A DNA stretch of 57,063 bases from Patescibacteria group bacterium (GCA_041749335.1 JBGTBM010000004.1:1-57063); one strand, 5' to 3'. Positions 40,330 through 51,097 are shown, counted from the first letter of the stretch. Numbers and translations: made by a program. The notes: a model not told the origin generated them from the letters alone.

Positions 40330-41184
40330 TTATTGATTAAGGCTTTTTAGCTGGTTTTTAAGCGCTTGGTATACTTTATCGCCCTTAAAATACTGGCCAA
40401 TCATTTCGATTTTCTGCTGCGCCATAATTTTATTGATCATATCAAGATAGCGCTGATAAATCTTTTCAACTCCCTTCTGGCCAACATGGCTGGCATAATC
40501 CCGATATGCCTCCAATTGCATTCTCATCATTTCTATCGTTTGAATCTTTACTTTATGATTTTTTAATTCTTTATTATTTCTCGCTTCAAAAAGTTCCATT
40601 AGTTCTTTTACCGATTCAATATCGGCTCCGACAATCAACTTTGGAATATTATTAATTTCACCTCTAAAATTGAGATTTTCTGATTCAAAATATTTTATTT
40701 GAGTTAATCTCCCGGTTTCAATATCGCTCTTTATTTTTTTTAATTTTTTTAAAATCGCATCAGAGCTATAAGTCACATCAATTGCCAGGGCTAGATGAGA
40801 AACACCTTCGTCTCTATCAAATTCAACTATGGTATCCACTCCGTTTCTAATGTCATCATATTTTGAAGCTTTAATGGTATAAGCCCCCGAGCCCAGCCAT
40901 TCATTTTGCTCAATTTGATTATCGATAATTACTTCGAAAATAGTTGCTAATTTTTTGGACCTTTCTCTCTGCGCATCCGTTTCCTGAGAAAATTGTTTTT
41001 CCATTTGTGCAACATATTCCTGGTCTTTTTTTACTCCCACCTCTCCATACAAATCCCTAAATTCATCCATATCTATTTGCATATCAATAATCTCTTCTTG
41101 CGCTCTTAGATACATTGTTTCGATAAATTTATCGACCATGGGATCGCCTTCAAAATAGGCCACTCCTCTTCTTGATTCTATCAT
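40330..41184 (-). CDS. Hypothetical protein
   Basis: Full-length ORF; D...GVD...LAIDVT weakly recalls a PD-(D/E)XK core. Confidence 0.65.
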   Translation of the reverse strand: MIESRRGVAYFEGDPMVDKFIETMYLRAQEEIIDMQIDMDEFRDLYGEVGVKKDQEYVAQMEKQFSQETDAQRERSKKLATIFEVIIDNQIEQNEWLGSGAYTIKASKYDDIRNGVDTIVEFDRDEGVSHLALAIDVTYSSDAILKKLKKIKSDIETGRLTQIKYFESENLNFRGEINNIPKLIVGADIESVKELMELFEARNNKELKNHKVKIQTIEMMRMQLEAYRDYASHVGQKGVEKIYQRYLDMINKIMAQQKIEMIGQYFKGDKVYQALKNQLKSLNQ

Positions 41185-41200
41185 TTGATTATATTATTTA

Positions 41201-42046
41201 TTATTTTTTATCCTGATCAATGCCAATTTCTCCAGCTAGCTTTATTTGTTTTAGCCCCTTGGGATCAATTCCAGCCAAATCATTACCGGGAAAAGACTGA
41301 ATCAGCTTAATTCCCTCTATATCTATTTTAACTCGATTTTCTGAAGCCATAATGACATCAGCTTCTCCAATCTTGCCTTTATTCGGACCTTCAGTAATAA
41401 ATATTTTTCTGGCATCCATGATAACCAGATCGGACTTAATTATTAAATTTAGTTCAGCAATTTTTTCTTCGATATTGCGCATATGCAGCGCTACTCTTTG
41501 CACCGGCTTCATAAAGCCTACCGATAGCTTAAGAGCGCCGGTATATTTGGCCTGAAAATGGGTTTTACAGCAGGGGAGCAGAATTAACTTATCCGGACGC
41601 TCAAGTATATCCGGAACTGACACGCTTTTTAAATATTTTGCTTCAGGAATTTCCTTTTTTACCCATTCTCTTTCTTCAAACACATAAATCCGCGGAGGAT
41701 TTTTCATTTGTAATAAATTAAACACCCCTTTATCTTCCATTACCCTGCGGGTATTAATGCTCATGGTCGATGAATCCCCGGTCATGACGATTTTAGCGCC
41801 CGCTTCATAGCAAAGCTCAACGCAGCACTTTAAAAAATCAATATCGGTAGAAGCAGGATAGGGATCGGCTGTATTAAAATTCGGCTTCAACATTACCGTC
41901 TCACCGGCCTTAATAAATTTTGAAAATCCTCCAATTTGATCAACTGATTTTTTAATTGACTCTTTTAAATTGTTTTCAACTTTGATTTTTGATACTTGCG
42001 GCATAATATTATTTTCCTGCCAAATTTTTTTCTCAATTTTTGCCAT
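41201..42046 (-). CDS. DUF362 family protein
   Basis: VMLKPN, P..KTH....TGALK..VG, EGP..G; start may be 42004. Confidence 0.85.
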   Translation of the reverse strand: MAKIEKKIWQENNIMPQVSKIKVENNLKESIKKSVDQIGGFSKFIKAGETVMLKPNFNTADPYPASTDIDFLKCCVELCYEAGAKIVMTGDSSTMSINTRRVMEDKGVFNLLQMKNPPRIYVFEEREWVKKEIPEAKYLKSVSVPDILERPDKLILLPCCKTHFQAKYTGALKLSVGFMKPVQRVALHMRNIEEKIAELNLIIKSDLVIMDARKIFITEGPNKGKIGEADVIMASENRVKIDIEGIKLIQSFPGNDLAGIDPKGLKQIKLAGEIGIDQDKK

Positions 42047-42142
42047 TGTTTTTCTAATTACTAAACACTAATCCCTTATTACTATCAATAATTATACCAT
42101 AAAAAAATATCCGCTTTAGGCAGATATTTATTTTATAGAATT

Positions 42143-42334
42143 TTAGCCAACTATTTTAAGCAATTGATCAACTATTTTTTGATGCTTTACTTCATCCAAC
42201 TCAATCTTTTTTACCGCGTCTTTATAACCATTTACTTCCAAATCTACCACGATTTTAGCGGCATTTTCTTCGGCCATTTTTTCTAGATTTTTTGCCCTTT
42301 GCAATATTTGTATCAAGGTTTTTCTATCTGCCAT
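42143..42334 (-). CDS. Small ferritin-like helical hairpin protein
   Basis: A..LE..AE...I..DE.KH. Confidence 0.6.
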   Translation of the reverse strand: MADRKTLIQILQRAKNLEKMAEENAAKIVVDLEVNGYKDAVKKIELDEVKHQKIVDQLLKIVG

Positions 42335-42338
42335 ATTT

Positions 42339-42545
42339 TTATTTTAATTCCCCAAATAATTGTTCCAATGACTTTTTATGCTCTTCGCTTTCTGCAATCA
42401 TTATATCAAGCAGTCTTTTAGCTTCCTCTTTCTTTTCACCAAAAAACTCCATATATTCTTCATCCCGAATAAGCTTTAAATATGTATCAACAAATTCATC
42501 TTCCCATAAAATTCCTTGCTTTATCAAACTTTCTATATTTTCCAT
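42339..42545 (-). CDS. Small ferritin-like helical hairpin protein
   Basis: I.WE.....Y...M..ES.EH. Confidence 0.6.
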   Translation of the reverse strand: MENIESLIKQGILWEDEFVDTYLKLIRDEEYMEFFGEKKEEAKRLLDIMIAESEEHKKSLEQLFGELK

Positions 42546-42555
42546 TTTATTGTTT

Positions 42556-43341
42556 TTAATATAACTTAATTTGATGGGCTAAATTACAGCAATCACAGCC
42601 CCTGCCATAATGCTCGCCGAAAGATAAAATTAAAGCCACCGGATTTTCCGCAGTTGAATTCAATATTGCTTGCTGGGTAGCGCTATCTATATAATCAACT
42701 CCATCTTCATATTGAATGCCCTCAATTGCATCATTTTTATAACATCCCAGATTAAATTTATAAATCTCCCCCTCTTGTTGATTAATAGTATTCCCTTCAG
42801 ATATGCCTTGCTGCAAACTGTCTTTAAATTCCTCATCGACAAATTTAGCGATATTAAAATAAATATTTGTCTGAGTTTCGTCAAAAACAACCTCGTCCTT
42901 TAATTCTGCATAGCCGCAAACTACAGTGTCAAACTCATCGTCCCCAAATATGCCATAAGTAGTTGTAGTTTTTAAAGCAACTTCTTTATTAAATTCGCAA
43001 GGATTTACACCGGCAGTTTGGTCTCCTTCTTCCGAGCCTTCTTCTGAATCACTAACAATATTTTTAATATCACTTAATTGTTTATTTAAATCCTCTCGTT
43101 CATCTTCACACTGATCTAATTTAGCCTTTTGATTATTAATACTATCCTTTAAAACATTTTCATTTTTTTCACAATCGCTTTTAATATTATTTTTCACTCC
43201 CTTTTGCCACCAATATACACCAAAGCTGGAAATTCCGGATGTCAACATTAATAAAAACAACACCAATAAAATAAAAAGAAATATTTTCAATCCTCTATGG
43301 TTATTTTTATCTGGATCTTTTGATTTTTTTTCTTCGGACAT
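42556..43341 (-). CDS. Membrane-anchored hypothetical protein
   Basis: Likely start MSEEKK; TM helix, coiled coil, Cys-containing domain ending GCDCC. Confidence 0.7.
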   Translation of the reverse strand: MSEEKKSKDPDKNNHRGLKIFLFILLVLFLLMLTSGISSFGVYWWQKGVKNNIKSDCEKNENVLKDSINNQKAKLDQCEDEREDLNKQLSDIKNIVSDSEEGSEEGDQTAGVNPCEFNKEVALKTTTTYGIFGDDEFDTVVCGYAELKDEVVFDETQTNIYFNIAKFVDEEFKDSLQQGISEGNTINQQEGEIYKFNLGCYKNDAIEGIQYEDGVDYIDSATQQAILNSTAENPVALILSFGEHYGRGCDCCNLAHQIKLY

Positions 43342-43577
43342 AATTAATATATTATTTATTTTAATGGTAGTATAGCAAATTTTATATATTTTAAAAAGTA
43401 TAAATTTTATATATTTATGTACCAAAAATATTTTTTACAAACTATTTATCCACACATATCTCAATTAACCTTATTAAAGCATCATTGAGCATCAATATTA
43501 TATATAAATAAATATTGCAAACAATGATATATTTATATAAGTGAAAATAAATATAAATAATTAAATAAGGAGAAAAA

Positions 43578-46163
43578 ATGAAAAACATTCTCAAATGGAC
43601 AACTATTGCTTTTGCGTTGTCTTTTTTTGTTGCTCTGGGGTTCACACCCGGTGCCAATGCTTTTACCGTCACCGACGGCTTGCATGTGCAAAGTGTAAGT
43701 TTTTTGGGCGGGAGCATTTTAAATCCGCAAGGATCGTTGGTCTTTGCTGATAATCTTGATATCAGAGGATATCTGCACAATGAAACCGGTCAAGTGGTAA
43801 TACAAGACGACCTGGTTATAAATGGAAAGATTATTTCAAACTTACAGCAAGAGTACGGTGGAGTGACAGATTACCGCGGTACGGTATTTAATAGTACGGC
43901 TGATTTTACCGTAGGAGACAATATGATGGTGGATGGTTATATCTGGCGAAGAGCCGGGGACATTAAATTATTTGATGGCGTAATGGTCCAAGGCGATCTA
44001 TACCCATATAATAATAATATGTACAACTTGGGCACTGCATCCAAGAAATGGAAAAATGTCTACACTGAAAATCTTTCCAGCTCTGATTTGATTTTTAGCA
44101 ATTTAATTAAAGGCCCGAATGCTAATTTTACCGATGATGTAGTAGTCGGAGATATGCTAACCGTTAACGGCGTTGCCACTTTTAAAGATACTCTAAGTGT
44201 ATCCGGCCTGGCTACGCTAGATGGAGGCATTACAGCAGACGGAGGAGTGTTTACTGTGGCAAATACATCCGGAAATATCTATTCTGGAGGTACTCTGGAT
44301 GTTGATGGCAATGTAAACTTTGACGCCAATCTCGCTCTTGCCGGAATAGCTGATATCCAGACAAATATATATAATTCAACTGGATCATTGGTAATTAACG
44401 ACAATCTTGAAGTATGGGGATTAACTGATCTTCAGAGCAATGTATCTAATTCCATGGATGACTTAACTTTAGATGACAATACCCATATTACTGGAAATTT
44501 AACTTCTGACGGTATGACTTGGTTACAAAGCGGATTAGATGTTGATGGCACTGCTGAATTTGACGGCATGGTTATGCTAACCAACGGCCCATTAGTAAAT
44601 CAAGGTAATACCCAACTTCAAGGGAATCTTGGAGTATGGGGAATTGGCAATTTTAAAGGTGATGTTTATCTTGGAAGCGGCGGCGATGACACAATTGCTT
44701 TAAACGGGGCTGAAGTATCGATAGCTGATACCTCCGGAAGCACTTGGAGTATTGATAACGATGGTAATGCAATCATAAATTCATTGGTAAACACCGGAAC
44801 AAGCGATTTACAAGGCAATGTATATAATTCAACTAGCGATTATATGTATATTGGCGATAGCTTATTATCAAATGGTGGTAATAACATTCAAAGATACTTA
44901 GGCAACAGTGCCAATCCATGGAATGAAATTTGGCTAGATGGTGCAGTCGTAATCCGAGATGCCGGTACTGGCAGCGCTCAACACAGCGCAAGTTTCGGCT
45001 TTGTCGAAAATACAAGTACCTATGAAGCTACTATGTATACCGATCAATATTATATGGTAGATGATGGTAATCTTGGTACTAACACCAGTACCTTACGTGC
45101 TAACCGGCTGGAAGTAACTGATGGAACTAATACTTCAACTTACGGTGTGAGTACAGATATCCAGGGTTCTATTGAAAATTCCACTGGTGATTTAGCTTTA
45201 AATGATAATTTATCAGTTACCGGAGACATCCTCCCAAGCACAGACGCGACTTACAATATCGGTTCAACTAGTCTTAGATGGCAAGATGGCTACTTCTCTA
45301 ATTCAGTGAATATTGGCTCTACTTTAACCCTGTCTGATGCAGGTATATCAGATGACAATAGCAATGTTATTGTTAACGATAATCTAGAGGTGAACGGCAC
45401 ATTAAATTCTACTGGAACCACCACAATCAATGGAACCTTATCGCTTGACACTGGATCAATCACTGATTCTACCGGTGCTATTTCTTTCGGAAATGAGAAC
45501 TTAAGCACTACTGGTACATTATCAGCTGGTGCAGCTACTTTTACCTCGGTTGATGCCGGGGGTGGACTGATTCAAACTACAGGAAATATTCAAGGTGGCG
45601 CAGCAACATTTACCTCATTAGCGGTAACGAATAATGCCACCGTAGGTACAACTTTGGGAGTTACTGGTCTTGTAACTGCATCAAATGGTTTAAACGTATC
45701 GGGATCAAACTTTACCGTAGGTCCATTTACAGTCTCTCCTGCTGGTAATCTAACAGGGGCTTCTGGTAGCAACAGCATGTGGACAAATGATGAAGGATAT
45801 CTAACTTCTTATACTGAAACTGACCCTATCTTCGGAGCTTGGGATAAATCCACAGGTATTACTGTAACAGAATCACAGATATCCGATTTACAGGCATATC
45901 TAACTGTTGAAACAGATCCTGTCTTTACTGCATGGGATAAATCAACAGGCATAACTATAACAGAATCACAAATATCCGATTTACAGACATACTTAACCGC
46001 TGAAACTGACCCCGTATTTACTGCTTCTGCTGCGGCTAATATTACTTCAGGCGCTGGGGCTCCTGCAGGTGCTTGTACTACTGGAAATCTATACACAAAT
46101 ACGACTGGCGGTGCCGGAACTACACTTTATGTCTGTGAAGCTGGCGCTTGGGCAGCTAAGTAA
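43578..46163 (+). CDS. Large secreted beta-rich fibre/adhesin-like surface protein
   Basis: Signal peptide (ANA-F); G/T/N/D-rich beta repeats; three Y.(L/I)G....W motifs; 31-aa ETDP repeats; SD AAGGAG. Confidence 0.8.
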   Translation: MKNILKWTTIAFALSFFVALGFTPGANAFTVTDGLHVQSVSFLGGSILNPQGSLVFADNLDIRGYLHNETGQVVIQDDLVINGKIISNLQQEYGGVTDYRGTVFNSTADFTVGDNMMVDGYIWRRAGDIKLFDGVMVQGDLYPYNNNMYNLGTASKKWKNVYTENLSSSDLIFSNLIKGPNANFTDDVVVGDMLTVNGVATFKDTLSVSGLATLDGGITADGGVFTVANTSGNIYSGGTLDVDGNVNFDANLALAGIADIQTNIYNSTGSLVINDNLEVWGLTDLQSNVSNSMDDLTLDDNTHITGNLTSDGMTWLQSGLDVDGTAEFDGMVMLTNGPLVNQGNTQLQGNLGVWGIGNFKGDVYLGSGGDDTIALNGAEVSIADTSGSTWSIDNDGNAIINSLVNTGTSDLQGNVYNSTSDYMYIGDSLLSNGGNNIQRYLGNSANPWNEIWLDGAVVIRDAGTGSAQHSASFGFVENTSTYEATMYTDQYYMVDDGNLGTNTSTLRANRLEVTDGTNTSTYGVSTDIQGSIENSTGDLALNDNLSVTGDILPSTDATYNIGSTSLRWQDGYFSNSVNIGSTLTLSDAGISDDNSNVIVNDNLEVNGTLNSTGTTTINGTLSLDTGSITDSTGAISFGNENLSTTGTLSAGAATFTSVDAGGGLIQTTGNIQGGAATFTSLAVTNNATVGTTLGVTGLVTASNGLNVSGSNFTVGPFTVSPAGNLTGASGSNSMWTNDEGYLTSYTETDPIFGAWDKSTGITVTESQISDLQAYLTVETDPVFTAWDKSTGITITESQISDLQTYLTAETDPVFTASAAANITSGAGAPAGACTTGNLYTNTTGGAGTTLYVCEAGAWAAK
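45815..46025 (+). repeat. 93-bp in-frame tandem repeat (about 2.3 copies)
   Basis: ETDP(I/V)F.AWDKSTGIT.TESQISDLQ.YLT. unit. Confidence 0.85.
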
Positions 46164-46178
46164 AATATAAGCTTTGAT

Positions 46179-46211
46179 AAAAAACAGTCTCTCTCAAGCG
46201 GGGCTGTTTTT
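46179..46211. terminator. Bidirectional terminator
   Basis: AAAAACAG...CTGTTTTT. Confidence 0.6.
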
Positions 46212-46410
46212 GATTATATTAAAAAAGAGAGATAAGCGTTCTCTCTCAATAAATTTTTTTATTATTTTTCTTCCAAGGGGTCTCCATCCTCCAGCATAGC
46301 CAGCAATATCGCCGGAAGAGATAAAATTATTCTCATTAACTGATCTAAAATTTTTATCAGATAGAATAATTCTTCCCTCATTTAATTTCTCCTTGCAATG
46401 TGCCTTCTGA

Positions 46411-46965
46411 TCAAATAGTCCGGATTTTTCTGAATTCTTTTCTAATTGCCTTATAATCCGGAATAGCATATGCTACCAGATTCCAAAAATTTTGTGAATG
46501 GTTTAGCTCTTGGAGATGGCACATCTCATGCACAATAATATAATCAGCTAGATTTGGCGGCAGTTTAATTATTTTATAATTATAATTTAGGTTTTTTTGC
46601 GCTGAACAGCTTCCCCATCTGGTTTTTTGATTTCTAATAAAAATTTTATTATATGAATAATTATATAAGCGATTAAATCTGGCAACTCTCAATCGGGTAA
46701 ATTCTCGCGCCGCTTCTTTTAACTTTTGATAATCATACTTGCTACTTTTGATTAAAATACAATCTTTACTCTCAATAACCCTTTTTAAGATCCAATCAGC
46801 CTTAGCTTGTAAAAATTTTTGCGCATAGCTTTTTCCGGCTAACCAGGGGAGTGTTACCACCAACCCCCGATCAGGATAAAAAGAAATTCGCAAATTGCTC
46901 GCGCGATAGCTCTTGCGCATCTCATATTCCACTTCCCGACCTTTTAAAATGATTTTTTCTTTCAT
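46411..46965 (-). CDS. YgjP/DUF45-like metallopeptidase
   Basis: QKTRWGSCS, YIIVHEMCH...NHS..FW. Confidence 0.9.
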   Translation of the reverse strand: MKEKIILKGREVEYEMRKSYRASNLRISFYPDRGLVVTLPWLAGKSYAQKFLQAKADWILKRVIESKDCILIKSSKYDYQKLKEAAREFTRLRVARFNRLYNYSYNKIFIRNQKTRWGSCSAQKNLNYNYKIIKLPPNLADYIIVHEMCHLQELNHSQNFWNLVAYAIPDYKAIRKEFRKIRTI

Positions 46966-46973
46966 CTATTTTA

Positions 46974-47180
46974 TTATGCTTTTTCCATTTCGGCCTTGAT
47001 ATCTTCAAATTCATTTTCTACTTTTTTTAGGCGGTTTTTCATTTCTCTAATTAAAGTAGAACCCACTTTTACTTTTTTAAGACCTTCCTCGACATCCACG
47101 TCTTCCTGCGATTCAAACCAGCTAACGATATCTTCCAATTTTTTCATTGAGTTTTGAATATTTTTGTTGTCTTTTGGCAT
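46974..47180 (-). CDS. xseB: Exodeoxyribonuclease VII small subunit
   Basis: LEDIV..FE....VEEGL; follows xseA. Confidence 0.85.
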   Translation of the reverse strand: MPKDNKNIQNSMKKLEDIVSWFESQEDVDVEEGLKKVKVGSTLIREMKNRLKKVENEFEDIKAEMEKA

Positions 47181-47190
47181 TTATTTATAG

Positions 47191-48708
47191 TTAATTTTTA
47201 ATTATTTTATTTATTTTAGATTTAACACTGCCATCAAATAAATCTACTTTAATATCTTGCTTGATTTTAAGATTTTTGACGCTTTTTATCACCTTACCGG
47301 CATTATTGTAAGCGATGCTGTAACCCAATTTAAGATTCCTTGCCGGATTGTTGCTTTCTAAATATTTACTCCACAAATTAATTTTTTCCTTATTCCGCTT
47401 CAGTTTGTAATCAAACAATCTCATCAGTTGGGATTTTTTTTCAGAAATTTTTTCACGATTCTTTAATATTTTACTTTGAATATTCTCAAACTCTAGCCTA
47501 ATCAGATCTCGGTACATTTCATATTTTGCCAGCAATTTGCCAAAATTATTTATTAATTGCTGAGCTTGAAAATTAATTCTGTTTTTTCTGGCATTGATTA
47601 TTTCATCAAACTTATACTGTAATCGCTGCGTAAAATCTTCAATAAATTCCTCGGTCTTCTGCCAAGACTCATTTATTCTAACGGCAGCGGCAGTGGGAGT
47701 AGATACCGACACATCGCCCACCATACTGGCTATAGGAACATCTCTTTCATGGCCGATGGCGCAAATTGTGGGAATAGTAGATGCAAAAATTTCTCGTCCT
47801 ACCCGCTCATTATTAAAAGCTTGTAAGTCCTCTAGGCTGCCTCCGCCCCTAGTGATAATCAAAACATCCAAACCGACAGTTATTTCATTAAAATATTTTA
47901 TCGCCTTAATGATTTCCGGTACGGCCTTAATACCTTCAACTCTCACATCGTAAAATTTTATTTGATGTCCTCGATCAATCAAATTTTTCCTAAAATCATC
48001 AATCGCCGCCCCTGATCTTGATGTTATTAGTCCAATTTTATTAATATTTTCGGGCAATATTCTTTTTCTTGCAAACAGACCTTCTGATTCTAGTTTCTTT
48101 TTTAATAGTTCATAGGCTTTCTTCAGCGAGCCCTCGCCCGCCAGTTCAAAACTTTGCACTACCATGCTAAAACGGCCCTTAGGTTTATGAATATTGGGAT
48201 ATCCTTCCACCTTGATTTCCATCCCGTCTTCCAGCTCCAATCCTATCATTTGATAAAAATGCGGCGGGATCCAGCAATTTAAAACACTGACATCTTTTTT
48301 ATCTTTCAGCAAAAAATATGTTCCGGAAGTATGAATATTTATGCCCGAAATTTCTCCGATAATGCGGAAACTTTCCGCGTCCTTTACTAAAATACCATTA
48401 ATGTAATCTAAAAAATTACTGACGGTAAAAATTTGATCTAAATCCATTTGTCCCTTAACTTGAACCTCGCCGTGAATCTTCTGTAAAATTAAATCTCCAA
48501 ATTGAGCCAGTTTTTTTTCTCCAATGCCTTTAATATTTAATAATTCTTCATTGTTTTGGGGCATCTTATCGGCAATTTCAAAAATGGTAGCATTTTGTAA
48601 AACTTTATAAGTTTCAATGCCCATTTTTCTGGCTAATTCGTTGCGTAAATTAGTCAATTTTTTAATTATATCGGTTTTGGAAATTTTAAATTTTAGCTCA
48701 TTGGCCAT
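47191..48708 (-). CDS. xseA: Exodeoxyribonuclease VII large subunit with N-terminal HRDC domain
   Basis: IGLITS.SGAA..D, RGGGS.EDL.AFN, IGHE.D, TPTAAA; HRDC-like N-terminus. Confidence 0.92.
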   Translation of the reverse strand: MANELKFKISKTDIIKKLTNLRNELARKMGIETYKVLQNATIFEIADKMPQNNEELLNIKGIGEKKLAQFGDLILQKIHGEVQVKGQMDLDQIFTVSNFLDYINGILVKDAESFRIIGEISGINIHTSGTYFLLKDKKDVSVLNCWIPPHFYQMIGLELEDGMEIKVEGYPNIHKPKGRFSMVVQSFELAGEGSLKKAYELLKKKLESEGLFARKRILPENINKIGLITSRSGAAIDDFRKNLIDRGHQIKFYDVRVEGIKAVPEIIKAIKYFNEITVGLDVLIITRGGGSLEDLQAFNNERVGREIFASTIPTICAIGHERDVPIASMVGDVSVSTPTAAAVRINESWQKTEEFIEDFTQRLQYKFDEIINARKNRINFQAQQLINNFGKLLAKYEMYRDLIRLEFENIQSKILKNREKISEKKSQLMRLFDYKLKRNKEKINLWSKYLESNNPARNLKLGYSIAYNNAGKVIKSVKNLKIKQDIKVDLFDGSVKSKINKIIKN

Positions 48709-48779
48709 GATATTAAGTTTATCACAACTAAACGTAAGATTCTATATGTGCTATAATTTATTATATATAAATTTAAATT

Positions 48780-49808
48780 ATGAATAATAAAAATAAAAAA
48801 GTTTTTTTAATTGCTGGAATTATGGCTATGAGCATCATTATCTTACTGACTTTAGCATTAGAGGCTTATCTAATTTATCGCGCGATGAAAAATGATGAAA
48901 AATTAATTCCGGCACAAGAAATAAATCAAGATGAAGCCACCCTTGATAAAAATGCAGCGAAACCGGAAATCCCAAATAACTTAGATGTAAATAAAGCCGA
49001 AGAGAAAAAAGATGAATCCACCAATGATATCAGCAATAATAATGAAACTTTAAAATCCGCCGGCATAACCAATATTAAGAAAAAAGATTTATATGATTCC
49101 AGCCAGACAGAGACCATCAGCTTCGACTCCGCCAAATTCATAATTTATCCCCTTGAAAATATTACAGGTACTGAACAAGAAGAGGGATATTTCGAAGCAT
49201 ACCAAGATATTAATCTAATCTATTCATCGGATAAGTTATATAAAATCTCAAATATTTTTTCTTTCGATTATAATACCGGAACTTATATTATAGCAACCGC
49301 ATATTCAGGCGGAGCTCATTGCTGTTTTACTCAATATATATTTTATCAAGACGAAAAAGAAAAGCTAACGCTGGTACGAGAAATGGCCACCAATAATACC
49401 GCCATATCGCCAGATAGCTTTTTGGTGAAAAATGGGAACTTATATTTATCAATCATGGACGATCGTTTTTCTTACTTTTATACAAGCTATGCATCATCTT
49501 ATTCATATAACCAGTTTTATCAGCTAAATAAAAATAATATAGCGCTAAATAACGAACCCTTCAAAGAAGATTTTATTAAAGAGGCAAAGCGCTGCGAATT
49601 AGATCTTAGCACAATTAATCCATCTGATATTTATTCTTTGGAAGATTGGTTTCCAACTTTAATTTGCAAAATTACTAATTATTGGCATGCCGGAGACCAA
49701 GACAAAGCCTGGGATAATTTTAATGATTATTTTAGTAAATTTAAAGCAAGTGAAAACCCAAGCGTCGTTAGGCAAGAAATGGAAAATATTTTACAAGCGG
49801 AATACTAA
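48780..49808 (+). CDS. Membrane-anchored hypothetical protein
   Basis: N-terminal TM helix; YSGGAHCC motif. Confidence 0.7.
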   Translation: MNNKNKKVFLIAGIMAMSIIILLTLALEAYLIYRAMKNDEKLIPAQEINQDEATLDKNAAKPEIPNNLDVNKAEEKKDESTNDISNNNETLKSAGITNIKKKDLYDSSQTETISFDSAKFIIYPLENITGTEQEEGYFEAYQDINLIYSSDKLYKISNIFSFDYNTGTYIIATAYSGGAHCCFTQYIFYQDEKEKLTLVREMATNNTAISPDSFLVKNGNLYLSIMDDRFSYFYTSYASSYSYNQFYQLNKNNIALNNEPFKEDFIKEAKRCELDLSTINPSDIYSLEDWFPTLICKITNYWHAGDQDKAWDNFNDYFSKFKASENPSVVRQEMENILQAEY

Positions 49809-49828
49809 TTGTAATTTGTTTTTTTAAT

Positions 49829-51097
49829 CTATATTTTAATCTTTAGCAACTCTTCCCAATGCGTGGTAAAACACATGGATTTGCTTAGCTGTCTCATCCT
49901 CCAAGGCCTCTTTATGCCTTCAGCAGCATATTTGATCGCACCGCCGCCCCAAATTTTGTTTATTTCGTCATAGATTTGCATCAATCTGTCTTTCTGGGGA
50001 TTGGGGTTTTCATAAAACATATTTAACTGCACTTTATCTTCCGGGATCAAATCCAGCATCATTACCCCGGCTTTTTTATATTGATACCCGCTGCGATATA
50101 TTTTTTTTAGACTTTGTAGTGAATAATTTATTAGTTCAGGGGTATAAGAAGTTGCTACCGGCAAACGAAAATTAATGCCGTTAAAATATTGCGGCTCATT
50201 TTTTTTAAACCTGTTGGTAGCAACAAAAACCATTGCCAAGTTAGCTGCCAACTTATGCTTGCGTAACTGCTCCGCAGCCGATGATGTAAAATAAGAAACC
50301 GCTTCGCTTAAATCCTGCAAATTTTTCATTGGTTTTCCAAACGAACGTGAAAACAAGATACTTTTTTTAGGCTGTTCCACCCGTTCCAAGCGTAAACAAG
50401 ATTGTCCCTTAAGCTCTTTTACCGTTCTTTCTCCCATAATAGTCATCTTTTCTCTTATCCATTTCTGGCGCGCCTTTTTAAGCCCCAGGGCAGTATAAAT
50501 TCCGTTATCGCGCAAGATTTTAGCGTATTTACGCCCCACGCCCCACACATCACCCACATCAAGCTGATTAAGCAGTTCATCGCTATAAAGATTGTCAGTT
50601 AAATTCAATACCCCATTAAATTTTGAATGTTTTTTAGCTAGTTTGTTGGCCGCCTTGGCTAAAGTCTTGGTAGGCCCAATTCCGATTGAGATGGGAATTC
50701 CAGTACATTTTCTTACTGTTTCCTTAATATGCCGGCAATAATTTACCAAATCACCCTTAATTCCCCTTAAAGACAAAAAGGCTTCATCAATCGAATATAT
50801 CTCTATGTCCGGAGTAAACTGGCTAAGGGTTTTCATTATTCGGCTAGACATATCGCCGTATAAAACAAAATTAGTAGAAAATAATCGAATATTGTATTTT
50901 TTTATCAATTTCTGATATTTAAACATTGGGGCTCCCATTGGAATACCTAGATCTTTTGCTTCATTGGAGCGTGAAATGGCGCAGCCGTCATTATTTGATA
51001 AAACCACCACCGGTTTATTTTTTAATTTTGGATCAAAAACACGCTCGCAGGAAACAAAAAAATTATTACAGTCTACTAAGGCATAAATTTCTTTCAT
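49829..51097 (-). CDS. umuC: Y-family DNA polymerase, UmuC-like
   Basis: DCNNFFVSCER, VLSNNDGC, YSIDEAF, C-terminal W.MRQ...S..FTT.W. Confidence 0.93.
   Translation of the reverse strand: MKEIYALVDCNNFFVSCERVFDPKLKNKPVVVLSNNDGCAISRSNEAKDLGIPMGAPMFKYQKLIKKYNIRLFSTNFVLYGDMSSRIMKTLSQFTPDIEIYSIDEAFLSLRGIKGDLVNYCRHIKETVRKCTGIPISIGIGPTKTLAKAANKLAKKHSKFNGVLNLTDNLYSDELLNQLDVGDVWGVGRKYAKILRDNGIYTALGLKKARQKWIREKMTIMGERTVKELKGQSCLRLERVEQPKKSILFSRSFGKPMKNLQDLSEAVSYFTSSAAEQLRKHKLAANLAMVFVATNRFKKNEPQYFNGINFRLPVATSYTPELINYSLQSLKKIYRSGYQYKKAGVMMLDLIPEDKVQLNMFYENPNPQKDRLMQIYDEINKIWGGGAIKYAAEGIKRPWRMRQLSKSMCFTTHWEELLKIKI

Noticed and set aside
46194-46469. 91-aa ORF downstream of the YgjP-like gene
   Set aside because: Overlaps the upstream gene and the terminator and has no recognisable motif; may be a remnant but is unsupported.
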